A stretch of DNA of 64,000 nt from Eledone cirrhosa (GCA_964016885.1 OZ024742.1:217434001-217498000), one strand, 5' to 3'; shown: positions 1 to 12,926, counted from the stretch's first letter. A program made the numbers and translations. Notes: a model not told the origin generated them from the sequence alone.

Positions 1-807
1 TTCTTGAGCCATCATCTCACAGTGACTGGTTCTTGCTCGATAAACAGTTGAGTGAGAAATCAAAAGTTTAGTCACATCATGACCAAGACCCTCCACAATT
101 GTAATGTAAGAAGTACTTGCTTGTTATACCAATAGTTTCTCCTGTTCCCACGTGGCAACATGAGTGGTGTCATGAGTCAGCTTATTTCCAGTGATTTTCG
201 GAGCAGTGCTGACTTGAAGATTTCGTCATCATCATCACTAGTAGCTGAGCTGGATGACGAACTTTCAAGAGCTACTTTCTAGGAAATCTTGACTTTTTCA
301 TCCTGCTTTCTCTTTCTTAATTTTCTTATTTTTATATTGGGAATCTTCTTTTCCTTCTTCTGAATGGCTTTCACATGTTCAGCATCAACACCAGCCATGA
401 ATGAAGACATCCGATCTTCCCACTGTGTCTCAAGGAAAGCTTTGTCTTCAGATGGGACATCCTTTCATTGGAGAATGTCCTGGCTAGCAATGTGAAAATT
501 TCCTTGAGATCACCTTTCCAAATCTCATGTTTTGTAATTACTTTGACAGTCATCCTTGAGTTTTCTTTTTTCAGTCCTTGATACTCCATGTACAATTTCT
601 CGATTGAAGCATGGATGTTTTTTTTCCCATTTTGGTAGGAATATTTGCTTTTCTCCACACTTTCTGGATCTTCTGGCTTGTGTTTTTTACAATAGCTGAA
701 ATTATCTCCCCGAGTTCGACGTGATGGTAGAGAAAACACAGGAGCACTTGTTGTTTCATTTGATGTTTGGAGGGGTGTCGAGTCTGAAGTAACTTCTCTT
801 CAGCCAT
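1..807 (-). mobile_element. Degenerate DNA-transposon transposase N-terminus (Sola2-like / Cc8K15.2-like), running off the left edge
   Basis: Joining frames gives QVLLCFLYHH..KVWRKANIPT..IEKLYMEYQGLKK..DLKEIF(D)IASQDIL..EDKAFLETQ..MAGVD..EGLGHDVTKLLISHSTVYRAR. This motif order matches my recollection of that transposase family. Frameshifts and stops are present. Confidence 0.55.
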
Positions 808-1109
808 TCTCTCAAGCTGCCAAATGTATATATATATATATGCACACATATATATGTATGTATACATACATATGTACATAAATCAATAACCCTGCTTTAA
901 TACTGACTTTGTCTATATAGACCTGTCCAACCCTTGCTAGCAGGGAAAGCAGACGTTAAAGGAACTACCTAATCCCTCAATCATGTCCCATTATAGTATA
1001 ATTGAAACGAAAATCAAGTTTCTTGTTCTTTTATTCTCCGTATTTCTCCAGTGTTTTACTGTTATGTTATCTATCATTTTCCCAGTTTCCCATGAGCACT
1101 TTTCATTAA

Positions 1110-1317
1110 CTCTTTAGCATTTAAACCGGCTGTATCCGGCCAGAATTCTCTCACCTCTTTCTGTTAAAACCAGCCATAAATGGCTGCTCATACTGATTTT
1201 AATGTATAGTTCTCAAAATAAATAATATCAAAATCTCATAGATTCGATATTATGTGAGGTAAAGTGTTTACCGTGAAAATGTAATAGTAAATATATAGTA
1301 ATGGAAATGCTGATAGG
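1110..1317. mobile_element. piggyBac-type MITE
   Basis: Flanked by TTAA (1106-1109, 1318-1321); imperfect TIRs CTCTTTAGCATTT/AAATGCTGATAGG; a homologous inverted copy lies at 55601-55802. Confidence 0.75.
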
Positions 1318-2223
1318 TTAAACGAGAATATTTTTGGTTTTGTTTTGTTTTTTATACATAATCAAAATGAAAAAAAAAATTACTATTTTCATCGGTATCA
1401 ATTAGAATCTCAAAACTAAATTTATGAGTGGATATAACCAAAAGTGAAAAGAGGAATTTATTTAATTAATGACACAAATATATATCCAGTTTTAAAAACA
1501 GAATATTCTCAAGAAGTTTGTTTGAACTACTACTTTCTCAAATTTCCTGCAATCTTTGCAAAAAACATTTTCCCTTATGGTTCAACTATTATATTCTTCA
1601 CTACACTTCTTTCTTTCCGTTTCATTATTTTTTTTTAATGTATCTTTCCACCTTTTTATGAAAAGAAGTTGGTAATACTTGTTCTAAAAAATACTTCAAA
1701 AATAAGCAAAGCAGACATTTGGGAAAGTTATTTCTACAAGACATTGTTTATGTTATTTTTTTTGTTTTATTTTGTTTTCTGTTTGTTTTTTGTGGATGAG
1801 GGTTTTTATTGCATTGCTACAGTCAACATCTGCAAGCTATGCCTACCTATTGTTGTTTTTGTTGTTGTTGCTGTGGTTGGGGTTGTTGTGGTTATGGTTG
1901 TTGTTAGCAGCTGCTGTGGCGACAAAAACAATCTTCTAATTGGGTCTCTCTCTTTCTTACTCTCACTCTCACCCTCTCCTAGAATTTTTCAACTAAAATT
2001 GCTTGAAATAACCCAAAGAATGTGAATAACAGACCAAACATTCTGAATGTAAATTGTTTTCAGAACTAGAAGTATGGTTGTAAGAACTGCCATATTGTTA
2101 TGTGAAGGGAAAAAATACACTAGATGTTTTTAAACAATCGTCAAAATCGTATTTCTTATTTCTTAAAAACTAATCTTAACTGAAACATATATACTTTGTC
2201 TATTTAGATTACATTATAACCCA

Positions 2224-2325
2224 CCGAGGTTAACTTTGCCTTTCATCCTTACGGGGTCGATAAAATAAAGTACCAGTAATACACTGGGATAATTGCTGGC
2301 CTTGTGCCAAAAAGTAAAAACAATT
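2224..2325 (+). mobile_element. SINE fragment (GAGGTTAACTTTGCCTTTCATCC..GGGGTCGATAAAATAAAGTACCAG family)
   Basis: The same core recurs near 28365, 28630, 53718, 61457, 63500 and 63745. Confidence 0.75.
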
Positions 2326-3066
2326 ACAACTTGTTACACCTGTACATTTTTTTTTCATTTATCTATTTTTGTATTCACACTCTTTGAATATATTTATTTT
2401 TAAAATTCTGATTTTTAATCCACTTTTACATGATTGCCTGTTAATTATTATAATTTTACAGGTAAACACCTTAATTAATCAAATTTTGAAAGACCAATTT
2501 TCAAATGCATTCAAATAACCATTTCAACAATGAAATTTGCTTTCCAGTCAACTTTAAAAGATCTTTTAGACATATGATTATCTCAAAAGCTCTTATACAA
2601 AATATAAGATTTTACAAAATTAAAAACATTAAAAATGAAAATATCTAAGCTATTTTTTTACTTGCAATTATTGTATCTCTCTTTCACTCACATAAGATAC
2701 TCTTTCAATTTTCTGTTGGACGATTTTATTGTTTTTTCCATTTTTTTGTTTGTTTGTTTGTTTGCAAAATAGCATTGTTGGTTATAATCACTAGTTCACT
2801 TCATTTAGCTACCAAATATCCACATCAAGCTTTCTTGTAAATTCAACTTCATTTAGTCATGGAGTTGTGGTGAAAAAAATAGAAGTTTTTGTTTTGTTTC
2901 TTTTTTTTTTCCTGGTAAATGATTGTTTTTCTCATACTTCTGGGTAGAATTGCTGGAACACTCTTTGGCAAAACTCCAATAATAACAGTAATTATAATAA
3001 TACTGGTAGTATTCATTTCTTCCTTAGAAGTTCACCAAAGGATTTCTGTCTCGCATTGTAAATTAA

Positions 3067-3213
3067 CCCTTTTATGACTCTATTTGTATAAAATACACAG
3101 TATTTCATTTGTTTAATGAGATATTTGCAGAGATTAACTAAAATGTTGGAAAATGTAATTTAAATAGGAACCTTTTAAGATGAGTAGTTTTAGACGAGTT
3201 GATACCAAAAGGG
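3067..3213. mobile_element. Short piggyBac-type MITE
   Basis: TTAA|CCCTTTT...AAAAGGG|TTAA. Confidence 0.6.
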
Positions 3214-3925
3214 TTAATAAAGTATTTATCGATTGTATTCTGCTTGATTCACCATAGTGAGCTATAGTTATTAAGGTGTCTGTATAAGGCTAGATAAACT
3301 GGGTAATTGAAAACCTGTTTAATCTCTATGACTTAGTTCATAAATAAATGCATATGGCCTAGTGTTTAAGGTTTTAGACACATGATCACGACCATAAGAC
3401 CAAGAGATTTAATTTCATGTTGCTTTTTATGATAGGACTGGGGCTCCTATTATTAAAAAACCTAAGAAACCTCCTATGAGATGCAACCTCATATGTATGA
3501 TATGTAAATTTCATTTCACTTTTTTCTTACATATCTCATAAGAACTAAAATCACAAAATATCTCCAAACGGTTAGTATCTTTGTAATGGAGGTAGCACAG
3601 TTCAGTAAATAGGCTATGAAGTGTTAACTCATCAGTAAGTTCATTAGATTAATTATTCAATTTGGAGTGATTCTAGAGTTTGTCTAGCTTTATGACGTTT
3701 CATAGAAAACAGAGTTTTCTTCATGAAATATTTATATAATATACATATGTAGCTACATGAGTGCATATTGAATAAGTACACTGTGTCCCTGTGTCCCTGC
3801 ATATTGTAAGAGGTGACTAAAAGGGTTGGCATCAGGAAGGGCATCTGGCTGTAAACCATTCCATCAAAACCCATGCCAGCATAGAAAAGTAAATATATCA
3901 TCATTTGATGGTGGTGATTATATAT

Positions 3926-4080
3926 ATATAGTTACAGTTAGTTTACAAACTAAAGAATTTAAGAAATGCCTTAAACCTTAAATTCTTTGGTTTGTAAACT
4001 AACTGCAACTATATATAACAGCTCTGCAGGATTCTAACATTGCATTGAGCTAAAAAAAAACACCTAGTAAATGTGTAATA
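3926..4080. repeat. Fold-back (about 40-bp arms) plus short tail within a TA run; probable Penelope-type 3' remnant
   Basis: TATAGTTACAGTTAGTTTACAAACTAAAGAATTTAAG pairs with CTTAAATTCTTTGGTTTGTAAACTAACTGCAACTATA. Confidence 0.5.
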
Positions 4081-4310
4081 TATATATATGCCAAAAAGCT
4101 CCCAGTACATGGTGTGATGTGTTTGGCATTAGGAAGGGCTTCCAACCATAGAAACCAAGCCCAAAACAAATCTATATGAACAAGATGTTTTCACCTGACA
4201 TGGCTAGCCTCATAATGGGACAACATGTCTAATCCAAGCAGGCATGAAATATAAACATTAAACAGTGATGATGATGATGATGATGGTGGTGGTGATGAGA
4301 TAGATATATA

Positions 4311-5390
4311 TCATCATCATCCTCATTATAATTTTACATCTGCTGTTCAACTTTTGCATAGGTTGAATGGGTGTTTTTCAGTACAGCATCTCCTTACTTG
4401 TCGCATTCATTCATCATCTCCTCTGTGAGCTTCAGCGATTTGAGATCAGCTCTCACCACTTCTGCTCAAGTCTTCCTTTATCTTCCTCTACTGCAGCTTC
4501 CCTTCACTGAGATTTCTTGATACTTCTTTACCTAGCAATCATCATCCATATGCTTCACATGTCCATACCAATGCAGTCTCCTCTCTTGAACACTATATCT
4601 GATTCTTCATACGCAGTTTTTTTTTCAGTTCATCCATGCTTTAATTTTCCTACACATTATCATTGCATATCCATCAAAGCATGCTTGCTTCATTTCTTTC
4701 TTGCCTCCACATATCCTCTGCATTCACTGACCAAGTTTCACTACCATGCTGCATCACACACAGGTGTCATACAGTCAACCTTTAATCCATTAAAAGAAAC
4801 CTTTTGTTGACAATGGAAGTAGTAGGCCCTTAAACTTCTTTCATCCTCTACTTTTTCTAGCTACTATGCTCTCAGAGAACCCTCCACAACTGCTAATTAT
4901 ATTACCTAGATTGCAAAAGCTATGAACTACTTCTATGGATCCTTTCTGGGATTGGAAAAGGTGCACTCTTACTATCAATTGACCCTGAGCCTCTATTACA
5001 TACAAAGTCTTCCTTTCTTGTAAGTCTGTCTGTTATACCACTACACCTTTTATGAACCCAAGATTTGCATTATATACATTGTATAGAGTTTATTCCTACT
5101 CCTTTTCTACATACTGAGCAATGCCACTTCCCTGATGGGATCAACACCCTATCTTCTTTCCTACTTATTAACAATTTGGTTTTTGTTAAGTTTACTCTCA
5201 GCCCTTTTGATTCTAAGTTCTGTTTCCACAGCCAGAATTCAGCTATGAGGACCAGATCATCAGCATATGGAAGTTGTCATAGACAACCAGTCTTAAACTC
5301 CTCTGTTATGGCCTAGAAGACTATGATAAACAGAAGTGGGCTAAGAACTAAACGTTGATGCACTCTTACCTTTGCCTTGAATTCCCCACT
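4311..5390 (-). mobile_element. Old, degenerate RTE LINE 3' portion
   Basis: Antisense match to the ITEEFKTGC.W.L.YADDL, PHD-finger and YGHVMRM regions of the younger RTE copies; (CAT)n tail remnant. Confidence 0.8.
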
Positions 5391-5574
5391 ATATATACCA
5401 AAACCTCAGGTTGACCCAAGCCTTGTAAGTGAAATCAGATGGATGGAAGCTGTCTGGAAGCTTGTTGAATAGATTGTAACACACTACTGTGTTGATTTAG
5501 TGTCAATGGTAACTGTGCCAGTGGAATACTCATCAGTGAAGCCATCTAATATCCATTTATTTATTTAGTGCAGT

Positions 5575-6180
5575 CCCTGGAATGCTCCATAGAAGTAGTT
5601 GATATCTTCTGTTATCTAGGTGACCTAATTCGCAGTAGAGGAGATTATTCTGAAAGCATAGTAGCTAGAATAAGATGAAAAAAGTCCAGTGAGCTACTAA
5701 CCCTGTTGACAACGAAAGTTTTCTCTCTATGTGGTGCCTGCAACCAAAGTGTAACGTTACATCGGAGTTAAACATGGACTATAACTGCAGAGGAAATGTA
5801 AGGGCTGGAGAGAAATGAAATGAGCTGTTTCAATATGATGTGTGGTGTTAATGTACATGGACCACAAAGTATGGATGAGCTGAGAGTAAAACTGGGCATA
5901 ATAGGTAACAAATGTAGTTCACAAGAGAGAAGACTGCACTGGTATGGGCCTATGAAGTATATGGATGGATAATGATCATTTGATGAAGAAAAATGCCAGG
6001 GTTTTTCAGTGGGAGGAAGAACAGGGCAAAAGTAGTGAAAGCAGATCTGAAAATGATGAAACTCATTGAGGAGATGACAAAGGAAGACAACAAGTGGAGA
6101 AAGGCTGTGTTGTAAAGATCTGTCCAACCTATGCAAGTATGGAAAAATGGCCAGAAAACAATCATGATGATAATGATAAT
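5575..6180 (+). mobile_element. Old RTE LINE 3' fragment
   Basis: Degenerate FCYLGD..ERNE..RRLHWYG region; ends in the RTE terminal motif and (GAT)n. Confidence 0.75.
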
Positions 6181-6861
6181 GAGATCATTTATACTGGTTT
6201 GTAATAATAAGTTGACAGTAGAAAATAGCTATGTCAGTGTTGTTTTCAGTGTCATGACATGTTTTATTAATGACTCAACTGACCTCAAAGGAATGACAAG
6301 AACACACCTTCTTTGCAACCAACTGTAAAATATAGGAATGTGAATACTTTATGTTTTCCTTGGTGTTTGGATGTTTAGCCCTGCTGTCATTGAACAGACT
6401 TATGATCAAAGACATCCAGTTATGTAGGACTACATTACACAATGTATGCTTCCTTGTTTAAGACATTAGCCGCTTTGTTACCATATTTCTAATGCAATCC
6501 ATAGCCTATGATTTAGTAATATGATTAAATTTCTCATTAATAAGCTGGTGTTTGGTACATATCTTAACAAAGAATCTTACATAGAATTATGATGGAAGAG
6601 TTTCAGATAAATAGAAGCACTTGAAAATAAAGTTTTTTTTTCCTTGTAGAATAGGGGTGGTTTCAAGTAGTTTGGCATCAAAAGAGTTAAGTTAAGACAG
6701 TTAGATTTGAGAAATGTGGCTGCAATTTCAAGTAAAAATATGCAACAATGAAGAGATTCTCTCTCTCTCTCTCTCTCTCTCTGTCCTTCCCTCCCTGATT
6801 AAGTGGCATACATATTTTATTTAATCTGGAGTCCTTCAAATGTATGTGTGTGTATGTACAT

Positions 6862-6921
<60 letters not shown>

Positions 6922-6942
6922 CATATATATATATATATATAT

Positions 6943-7081
6943 TCTATTCTATTCTAAGGCGGGTAAAATTCCCGAGATCCATGGACGAGTTCTCTCCAGC
7001 GGTCTCTGTCCCTCATTATCGCTGCCATGTCCTGCGTCTCCAACAGACCAGTGTCTGTCCTTAGGGCATCAACATACGTTA
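6943..7081 (-). mobile_element. Short 3' end of a different RTE family with a (TAGAA)n tail
   Basis: Minus strand reads TYVDALRTDTGLLETQDMAAIMRDRDRWRELV followed by TAGAATAGAATAG. Confidence 0.7.
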
Positions 7082-7087
7082 ATATAT

Positions 7088-7119
<32 letters not shown>

Positions 7120-7123
7120 ATAC

Positions 7124-7155
<32 letters not shown>

Positions 7156-7159
7156 ATAT

Positions 7160-10100
7160 CATTAAACTCAGACTAGTCCTGAATAAAACAATTACCACAA
7201 TAATATCAGCTTACACACCCCAATCGGGGCTGCCAGACGAACTTAAGGATAGGTTTTACGAGTCCCTAATACACACTACTGCTCTAACAGACGACAAGGA
7301 CTTCCTAATCATCGCGGGAGATTTTAACGGACACGTAGGTAAACACTGCGACGGCTTCAATAGAGTACATGGAGGCCATAGGGTTGGCACAAGGAATGAG
7401 GAAGGATTCAGACTTCTAGAATTCTGCGACGCCAATGACATGTCGATATGTAACACAAACTTTAAAAAACCCGACAACCACCTGATCACCTATAGATCAG
7501 GGGAGCACTCTAGTCAGTTAGATTTTATCCTCATCAGAGGACGTGACAGATGGACGGTCGTAAACACAAAAGCCTTCCCTAGTGAGGAATGTACATCCCA
7601 ACATAGCTTAGTTGTCAGCGACCTCACGGTCAGAACTAGACGAACCCGGAAACAGAGGCCAACCTGGAGAAGAAAGATCTGGAAGCTGAAAGTCCCCTCA
7701 ACCAGTAACAGATTTAAAGATATTTTACTCAACGCCTACGACAGAAAAGAAGAACAGATAGAGACATTTAACGTAGAAGAGAACTGGGAGTTCCTAAAAA
7801 ATAATTTACTAGAGGCGACGGATGAGGTCTGTGGCTGGAGTAAGACCTCAAGCAGGAGGAGAGTGACTTAGTGGTGGAACAATAAGGTAGATGAAGCAGT
7901 TAAGGCCAAGAGACAGGCATGGAAAGAATGGAAGAACGGGGGGTGCAGGGTACATTACATAGAGACCAAGAGGGAAGCTAGGCGACAAGTATACTTAGCT
8001 AGGAGGGAAGCAGAGGATAGAAAATTCAAGCATGTTTTACAACGTGAGGACCAGAAACAGGAGGTATTCAAGATTGCGAGGCAGTGTGTCAGAGATAGTT
8101 GTGATGTCATTGGAGAGAAGTGTATCCGGAATGATAAAGGTGAGCTTGCCCTCACAAGTGCTGAGAAGAAAGATGCATGGAAGAGTCATTATGATAGATT
8201 ACTAAATGAGGAGAATGCATGGGAAGAAGAGACCCTACCCCAAGTAGACCCTATAGAGGGACCAGCAGTACAAGTCAGCAGCAGCGTAGTAAGTAAGGCA
8301 ATCAAAGATATGAATATGGGGAAGGCAACCGGTCCATCGGGTATAGCTGCCGAGATGCTGAAGGCATCTGGGTCTGTAGGTCACACTATAACCACACGTA
8401 TCGTTAACCAGGTAATACTAGAAGGGGCCATACCAAAAGATTAGTGCAGTAGCACCATTGTCAACTGTTACAAAGGTAAAGGCGATGCACTAGATAGAGG
8501 AAACTATAGAGGTATAAAGTTGATGGACCAGGTCATGAAAGTAACAGAAAGAGTTATAGCACAGCTGATTAGGGACCGGGTGAAAATAGACGAGATGCAA
8601 TTTGGGTTTGTACCAGGAAGAGGCACCACTGATGCCCTCTTCCTTGTGAGGCAATTACAGGAAAAGTACCTAGCTAAAAGTAAGCCACTCTACTTGGCAT
8701 TTGTCAACCTTGAGAAAGCCTTTGACAGAGTTCCACATGTTGTAATCTGGTGGGCTCTTAGAAAACTAGGAGTAGATGAATGGCTTGTGAAAGCGGTACA
8801 AGCCATGTATAGGGGAGCAGTCAGCAAAGTTAGGATTAGCAATGAGTATAGCGAGAAATTTAGCGTACAGGTTGGGGTCAACCAGGGCTCTGTTCTTAGC
8901 CCTCTCCTGTTCATCATAGTCCTGCAGGCAATAACGGAGGAGTTTAAGACCAGATGCCCATGGGAACTCCTGTATGCTGATGACCTCGCACTCATAGCTG
9001 AATCTATGGTAGAACTAGAGAAGAAATTCCAAACCTGGAAGCAGGGACTAGAAAGAAAGGGTCTCAAAGTCAACATGACAAAGACTAAGGTCCTTGTAAG
9101 TAGACGAGAAAACAGAACCCAGATCCCCTCAGGGAAATGGCCTTGCTCAGTATGTAGGAAAGGTGTAGGTAGGAACTCCATTCTCTGCCCCAAATGCAAA
9201 CAATGGGTACACAAGAGATGTAGCGGGATCTCAGGAAGCTTAATTAAGAATGTAGGATTCACATGCAGCAGCTGTGCTGAAACAGTAAGCAGCAAACAGC
9301 CACAGGAAACAAGTACCACCAATCTCTGGGAGGGCCCTGTAGAAACAGTAGACAGCTTCTGCTACCTAGGTGACCGAATTAGCAACGGAGGTGGGTGTTC
9401 AGAAAGTACAATAACTAGGGTAAGAACGGGATGGAAGAAGTTTAGGAAACTACTACCACTGCTAGCTGCAAAAGGCTTCTCCCTCAGAATGAAAGGCAGA
9501 CTGTATGATGCGTGTATCCAAACAGCGATGTTGCATGGTAGTGAGACCTGGGCGCTGAAGGTGGAAGACTTACATAGATTAGAGAGAAACGAAGCCTGCA
9601 TGCTCCGATGGATGTGTAACAGTAATATACGTGAACGACAAAGCATAAATGAATTGAGAGAGAGACTGAGCAAATGCTGCGTGCAGGAGAGGCGGTTGCG
9701 CTGGTATGGACATGTGATGCGTATGAAGGATGACAACTGCATAAAAAGGTGCAGAGCACTAGAAGTTGATGGAAACCGCGGAGTGGGGAGACCCAAGATG
9801 ACCTGGGATGGGGTGATAAAAGCCGACCTTACCCAATTACACCTCTCAAAGACAATGACACACGACCGTGACTTCTGGCGTCACGCAGTAATACAGAGTA
9901 CCCGACCTCCCATGGGTACAAGCTGAAGCATATAAACAATATGCCTCCACACCCCCCACCGCAAGGTGGTCGTGGAGGTGCCACGGCAAAAAAGCACCCA
10001 GCCCACACTGTAAAGTGGACGTGTAGGCGCCACGAAAAAGCACCCAGCACTCACTCTAAATGAGGTTGGTGTTAGGAAGGGCATCCAGCTGTAGAAATCA

Positions 10101-10236
10101 AGCCAGATCAGCTCCTGTATGAGCAAGGCATGGTCAGCCGACCAGACACTGCCCACAACAGGACGACCCGTCTAACCCATGCTAGTGTGGAAGAACGGAC
10201 GTAAAACGGTGATGATGATGATGATGATGATGATGA
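7160..10236 (+). mobile_element. 5'-truncated RTE-clade LINE (APE endonuclease + RT), inactivated by stops
   Basis: AGDFNGHVG and SQHSLV endonuclease motifs; QFGF, EKAFDRV, QGSVLSPLLF, YADD, YLG RT motifs (ORF 8520-9926); in-frame stops near 7868 and 8443; 3'UTR and (GAT)n tail; flanked by (TA)n. Confidence 0.95.
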
Positions 10237-10279
10237 TATATACATATACATATATATATATACATGTATATATATATAC

Positions 10280-10351
<72 letters not shown>

Positions 10352-10355
<4 letters not shown>

Positions 10356-10706
10356 AAAGAGATGAAATCGAAAATGCAACTGGAGTCTTATTTTTTTTTA
10401 AAATATATATATTTATTTGGTTCCTTTACCGGTTTCGCAGTTCTTCTGCTTTTCAAAATGTGAGTTGAGATGGAGGGTCTGTGGTTTTTCTCACATCTGA
10501 GATGTGAGAAAAACCACAGACCCTCCATCTCAACTCACATTTTGAAAAGCAGAAGAACTGCGAAACCGGTAAAGGAACCAAATAAATATATATATTTTTT
10601 TAAAAAATAAGACTCCAGTTGCATTTTCAATTTCATCTCTTTTTCTTTATACTTTCACTCGTGTAGGACACCTCGGTTATTTTTCATTTTGTAAAAAAAG
10701 CCTCAC

Positions 10707-10712
<6 letters not shown>
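10352..10712. mobile_element. Non-coding fold-back element (about 147-bp arms, centre 10499), probable Penelope derivative
   Basis: Near-perfect inverted duplication 10352-10646 plus a unique tail; contains a hammerhead-like motif; inserted in (TA)n. Confidence 0.7.
10538..10575 (+). ncRNA. Minimal type I hammerhead, U3-A8 core variant (mirror copy on the - strand)
   Basis: UUGAAAA-GCAG(AAGAA)CUGC-GAAA-CCGG-UA; palindromic stem III; stem I is weak. Confidence 0.5.
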
Positions 10713-10754
<42 letters not shown>

Positions 10755-10761
<7 letters not shown>

Positions 10762-11190
10762 TAAACGGAATAGAAAATACTGACAAATTGTTCACAGTTG
10801 AAAAATGGTTTAATTAGGAATAAAAGAGTATTAGTAATTGTATGGGTTAGTATTCAGTTGTGGTTTTAAGTTTTTAAGTTTTTACCGGTTGCGCATTTCT
10901 AAATGCTTTTCAAAAATAATTTTGAGATAGAGTGTCCGTGTTGTTTGCTCTGATCAGAGCAAACAACACGGACACTCTATCTCAAAATTATTTTTGAAAA
11001 GCATTTAGAAATGCGCAACCGGTAAAAACTTAAAAACTTAAAACCACAACTGAATACTAACCCATACAATTACTAATACTCTTTTATTCCTAATTAAACC
11101 ATTTTTCAACTGTGAACAATTTGTCAGCATTTTCTATTCCGTTTACCAATATATAATAACTTGTGTGTTACACCTCTATTCTTTTAACTA
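10755..11190. mobile_element. Second non-coding fold-back element (about 195-bp arms, centre TCTGATCAGA at 10949-10958)
   Basis: Near-perfect palindrome; shares TTTTGAAAAGCA..TGCG(A/C)AACCGGTAAA and a terminal GTGT..ACACCTC with the element at 10352. Confidence 0.7.
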
Positions 11191-11231
11191 TATATATATA
11201 TAGTTATGTAATAAACAACATAAGATAATTA

Positions 11232-11292
11232 TTTCATTTACCAGTGGTTTCTTGAAAGCAAACAAAATTTGCTTTCAGTCATCAGAATGAAA
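11232..11292 (-). ncRNA. Type I hammerhead ribozyme
   Basis: UUUCAUU-CUGAUGA-C-UGAAAGCAAA(UUUUG)UUUGCUUUCA-A-GAAA-CCACUGG-UA-AAUGAAA; 7-bp stem I; GUA site. Confidence 0.8.
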
Positions 11293-11452
11293 AAATCCTG
11301 GTGTATTTATTGACAGTGGATTTTAAAAACAAAAATATAATCTATATGAAAGTGAGGTTGGAAAAGGAAGAAGGAAAGGAAAAAGAATAAATATAAAAGT
11401 AGATAAACACACATGCACACATGCACACACACATATACATACACACATATAT

Positions 11453-11488
<36 letters not shown>

Positions 11489-11868
11489 CCATACATACAC
11501 ATACACATAAATACACAAACACACACACACATATATATATATACACACGTACATACACACACATACATATACACATATATACACGCATACATATGCACAC
11601 AAATATATAGATATATGTACACACACCTACGTACGCACACACAATTAATTATAAGAAAAAATAAAAATAAAAAACAATGGACGACCATATAATGCAATAG
11701 GCCGTCACATAATAAAAAATATACGACTTAAGAAAATAAAAATTATTATAAAGTTGACAGCGATACAGGAAAGGACACAAATAAATAAACAAACACACGT
11801 GGTAAGCAATACACACATTTACACATACACATACATACATATAAATATATACATACACACACACATAT

Positions 11869-11897
<29 letters not shown>

Positions 11898-11904
<7 letters not shown>

Positions 11905-12841
11905 AAATATGATAATAATGATGGCTGCGCGTTGCAAATGGTGGGGCATATGAAAAAGTAAGTCCTTCATCAGTGACCCTCCAACCGTCCCAGGCATTTC
12001 ATCGTTTTAAGGGCCATATGCCTCAGGTTGGTGCGAACAACGGCTAAAAAAAGTCGTTGGGACACGTAAACAAAGGGGACGCCAGGGTAACAAACAAAAA
12101 GGTTTAAGCAACGGAAAGTGAGAAGAAATAGACAAGTCCCAGATCTCTATGAATATAAACTCGGTGAAATCGTGAACAAGAGACAAAAGACCATCAAACC
12201 TGGTTGAAATGTGAGCAAGGAAAGAATTTCGCACAAGTCTAACGGGGGGGGGGGGGGGGGGGGAAAGAGAAGAAGAAGAAGAAGAAGAAGAAGAAGAAGA
12301 AGAAGAAGATAAAGGGGTCTGGTCTACGAATTCGGTAAACATAAGTTTTGTGAAGTCGCAGACGAAAGAGAGAGAGAGAAAAAAATTTCCATACCAGCTT
12401 GGTCAAGACCGCGCGAGAAAAGAATTACACACAGGTCAAACTTGAAGGAGGAGGAGGAAAGAGGAGGAGGAGAGGTAGTGACAGAGAATGAGTGAGTGAA
12501 AGTTGAGGAGGAGGCTAACAGAGAGAGAGACTGCTAGAAAGGGTAAAAGGTACAAAGAACGAGAAAGGTTAAAAGGTACAAAGAACGAACAGACGAGTGG
12601 CAGCAGAAGAAAAATTATGTGTAAATATGATAATAATGATGGCTGCGCGTTGCAAATGGTGGGGCATATGAAAAAGTAAGTCCTTCACCAGTGACCCTCC
12701 AACCGTCCCAGGCATTTCATCGCTTTAAGGGCCATATGCCTCAGGTTGGTGCGAACAACGGCTAAAAAAGGTCGTTGGGACACGTAAACAAAGGGGATGC
12801 CAGGGTAACAAACAAAAAGGTTTAAGCAACGGAAAGTGAGA

Positions 12842-12842
<1 letters not shown>
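11898..12842 (-). mobile_element. Retrozyme-like non-coding element: about 227-bp direct repeats (11898-12124, 12616-12842; period 718) each with a permuted hammerhead core
   Basis: Near-identical direct repeats flank a purine-rich non-coding spacer; inserted in (TA)n; a related subfamily is at 16102-16437. Confidence 0.7.
11962..12031 (-). ncRNA. Candidate non-circularly permuted hammerhead ribozyme
   Basis: CCAACC-UGA-GGCAU-A-UGGCCCU-UAAAACGAU-GAAAUGCC-UGGGAC-GGUUGG-AGGGUCA-CUGAUGA-AGGAC; stems I and III pair fully. Confidence 0.6.
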
Positions 12843-12908
<66 letters not shown>

Positions 12909-12926
12909 TATACATATATATATATA

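Noticed and set aside
8690-9796. Long antisense ORFs over RTE and CR1 copies (also 47153-48103 and 21891-22947)
   Set aside because: They are shadow frames of the LINE coding strand, with no independent motifs.
11962-12031. Pistol ribozyme, SECIS or group I intron reading of the GGCCCU/AGGGUC pseudoknot
   Set aside because: The conserved elements and order do not fit; the hammerhead assignment accounts for CUGAUGA, GAAA and the NUH site together.
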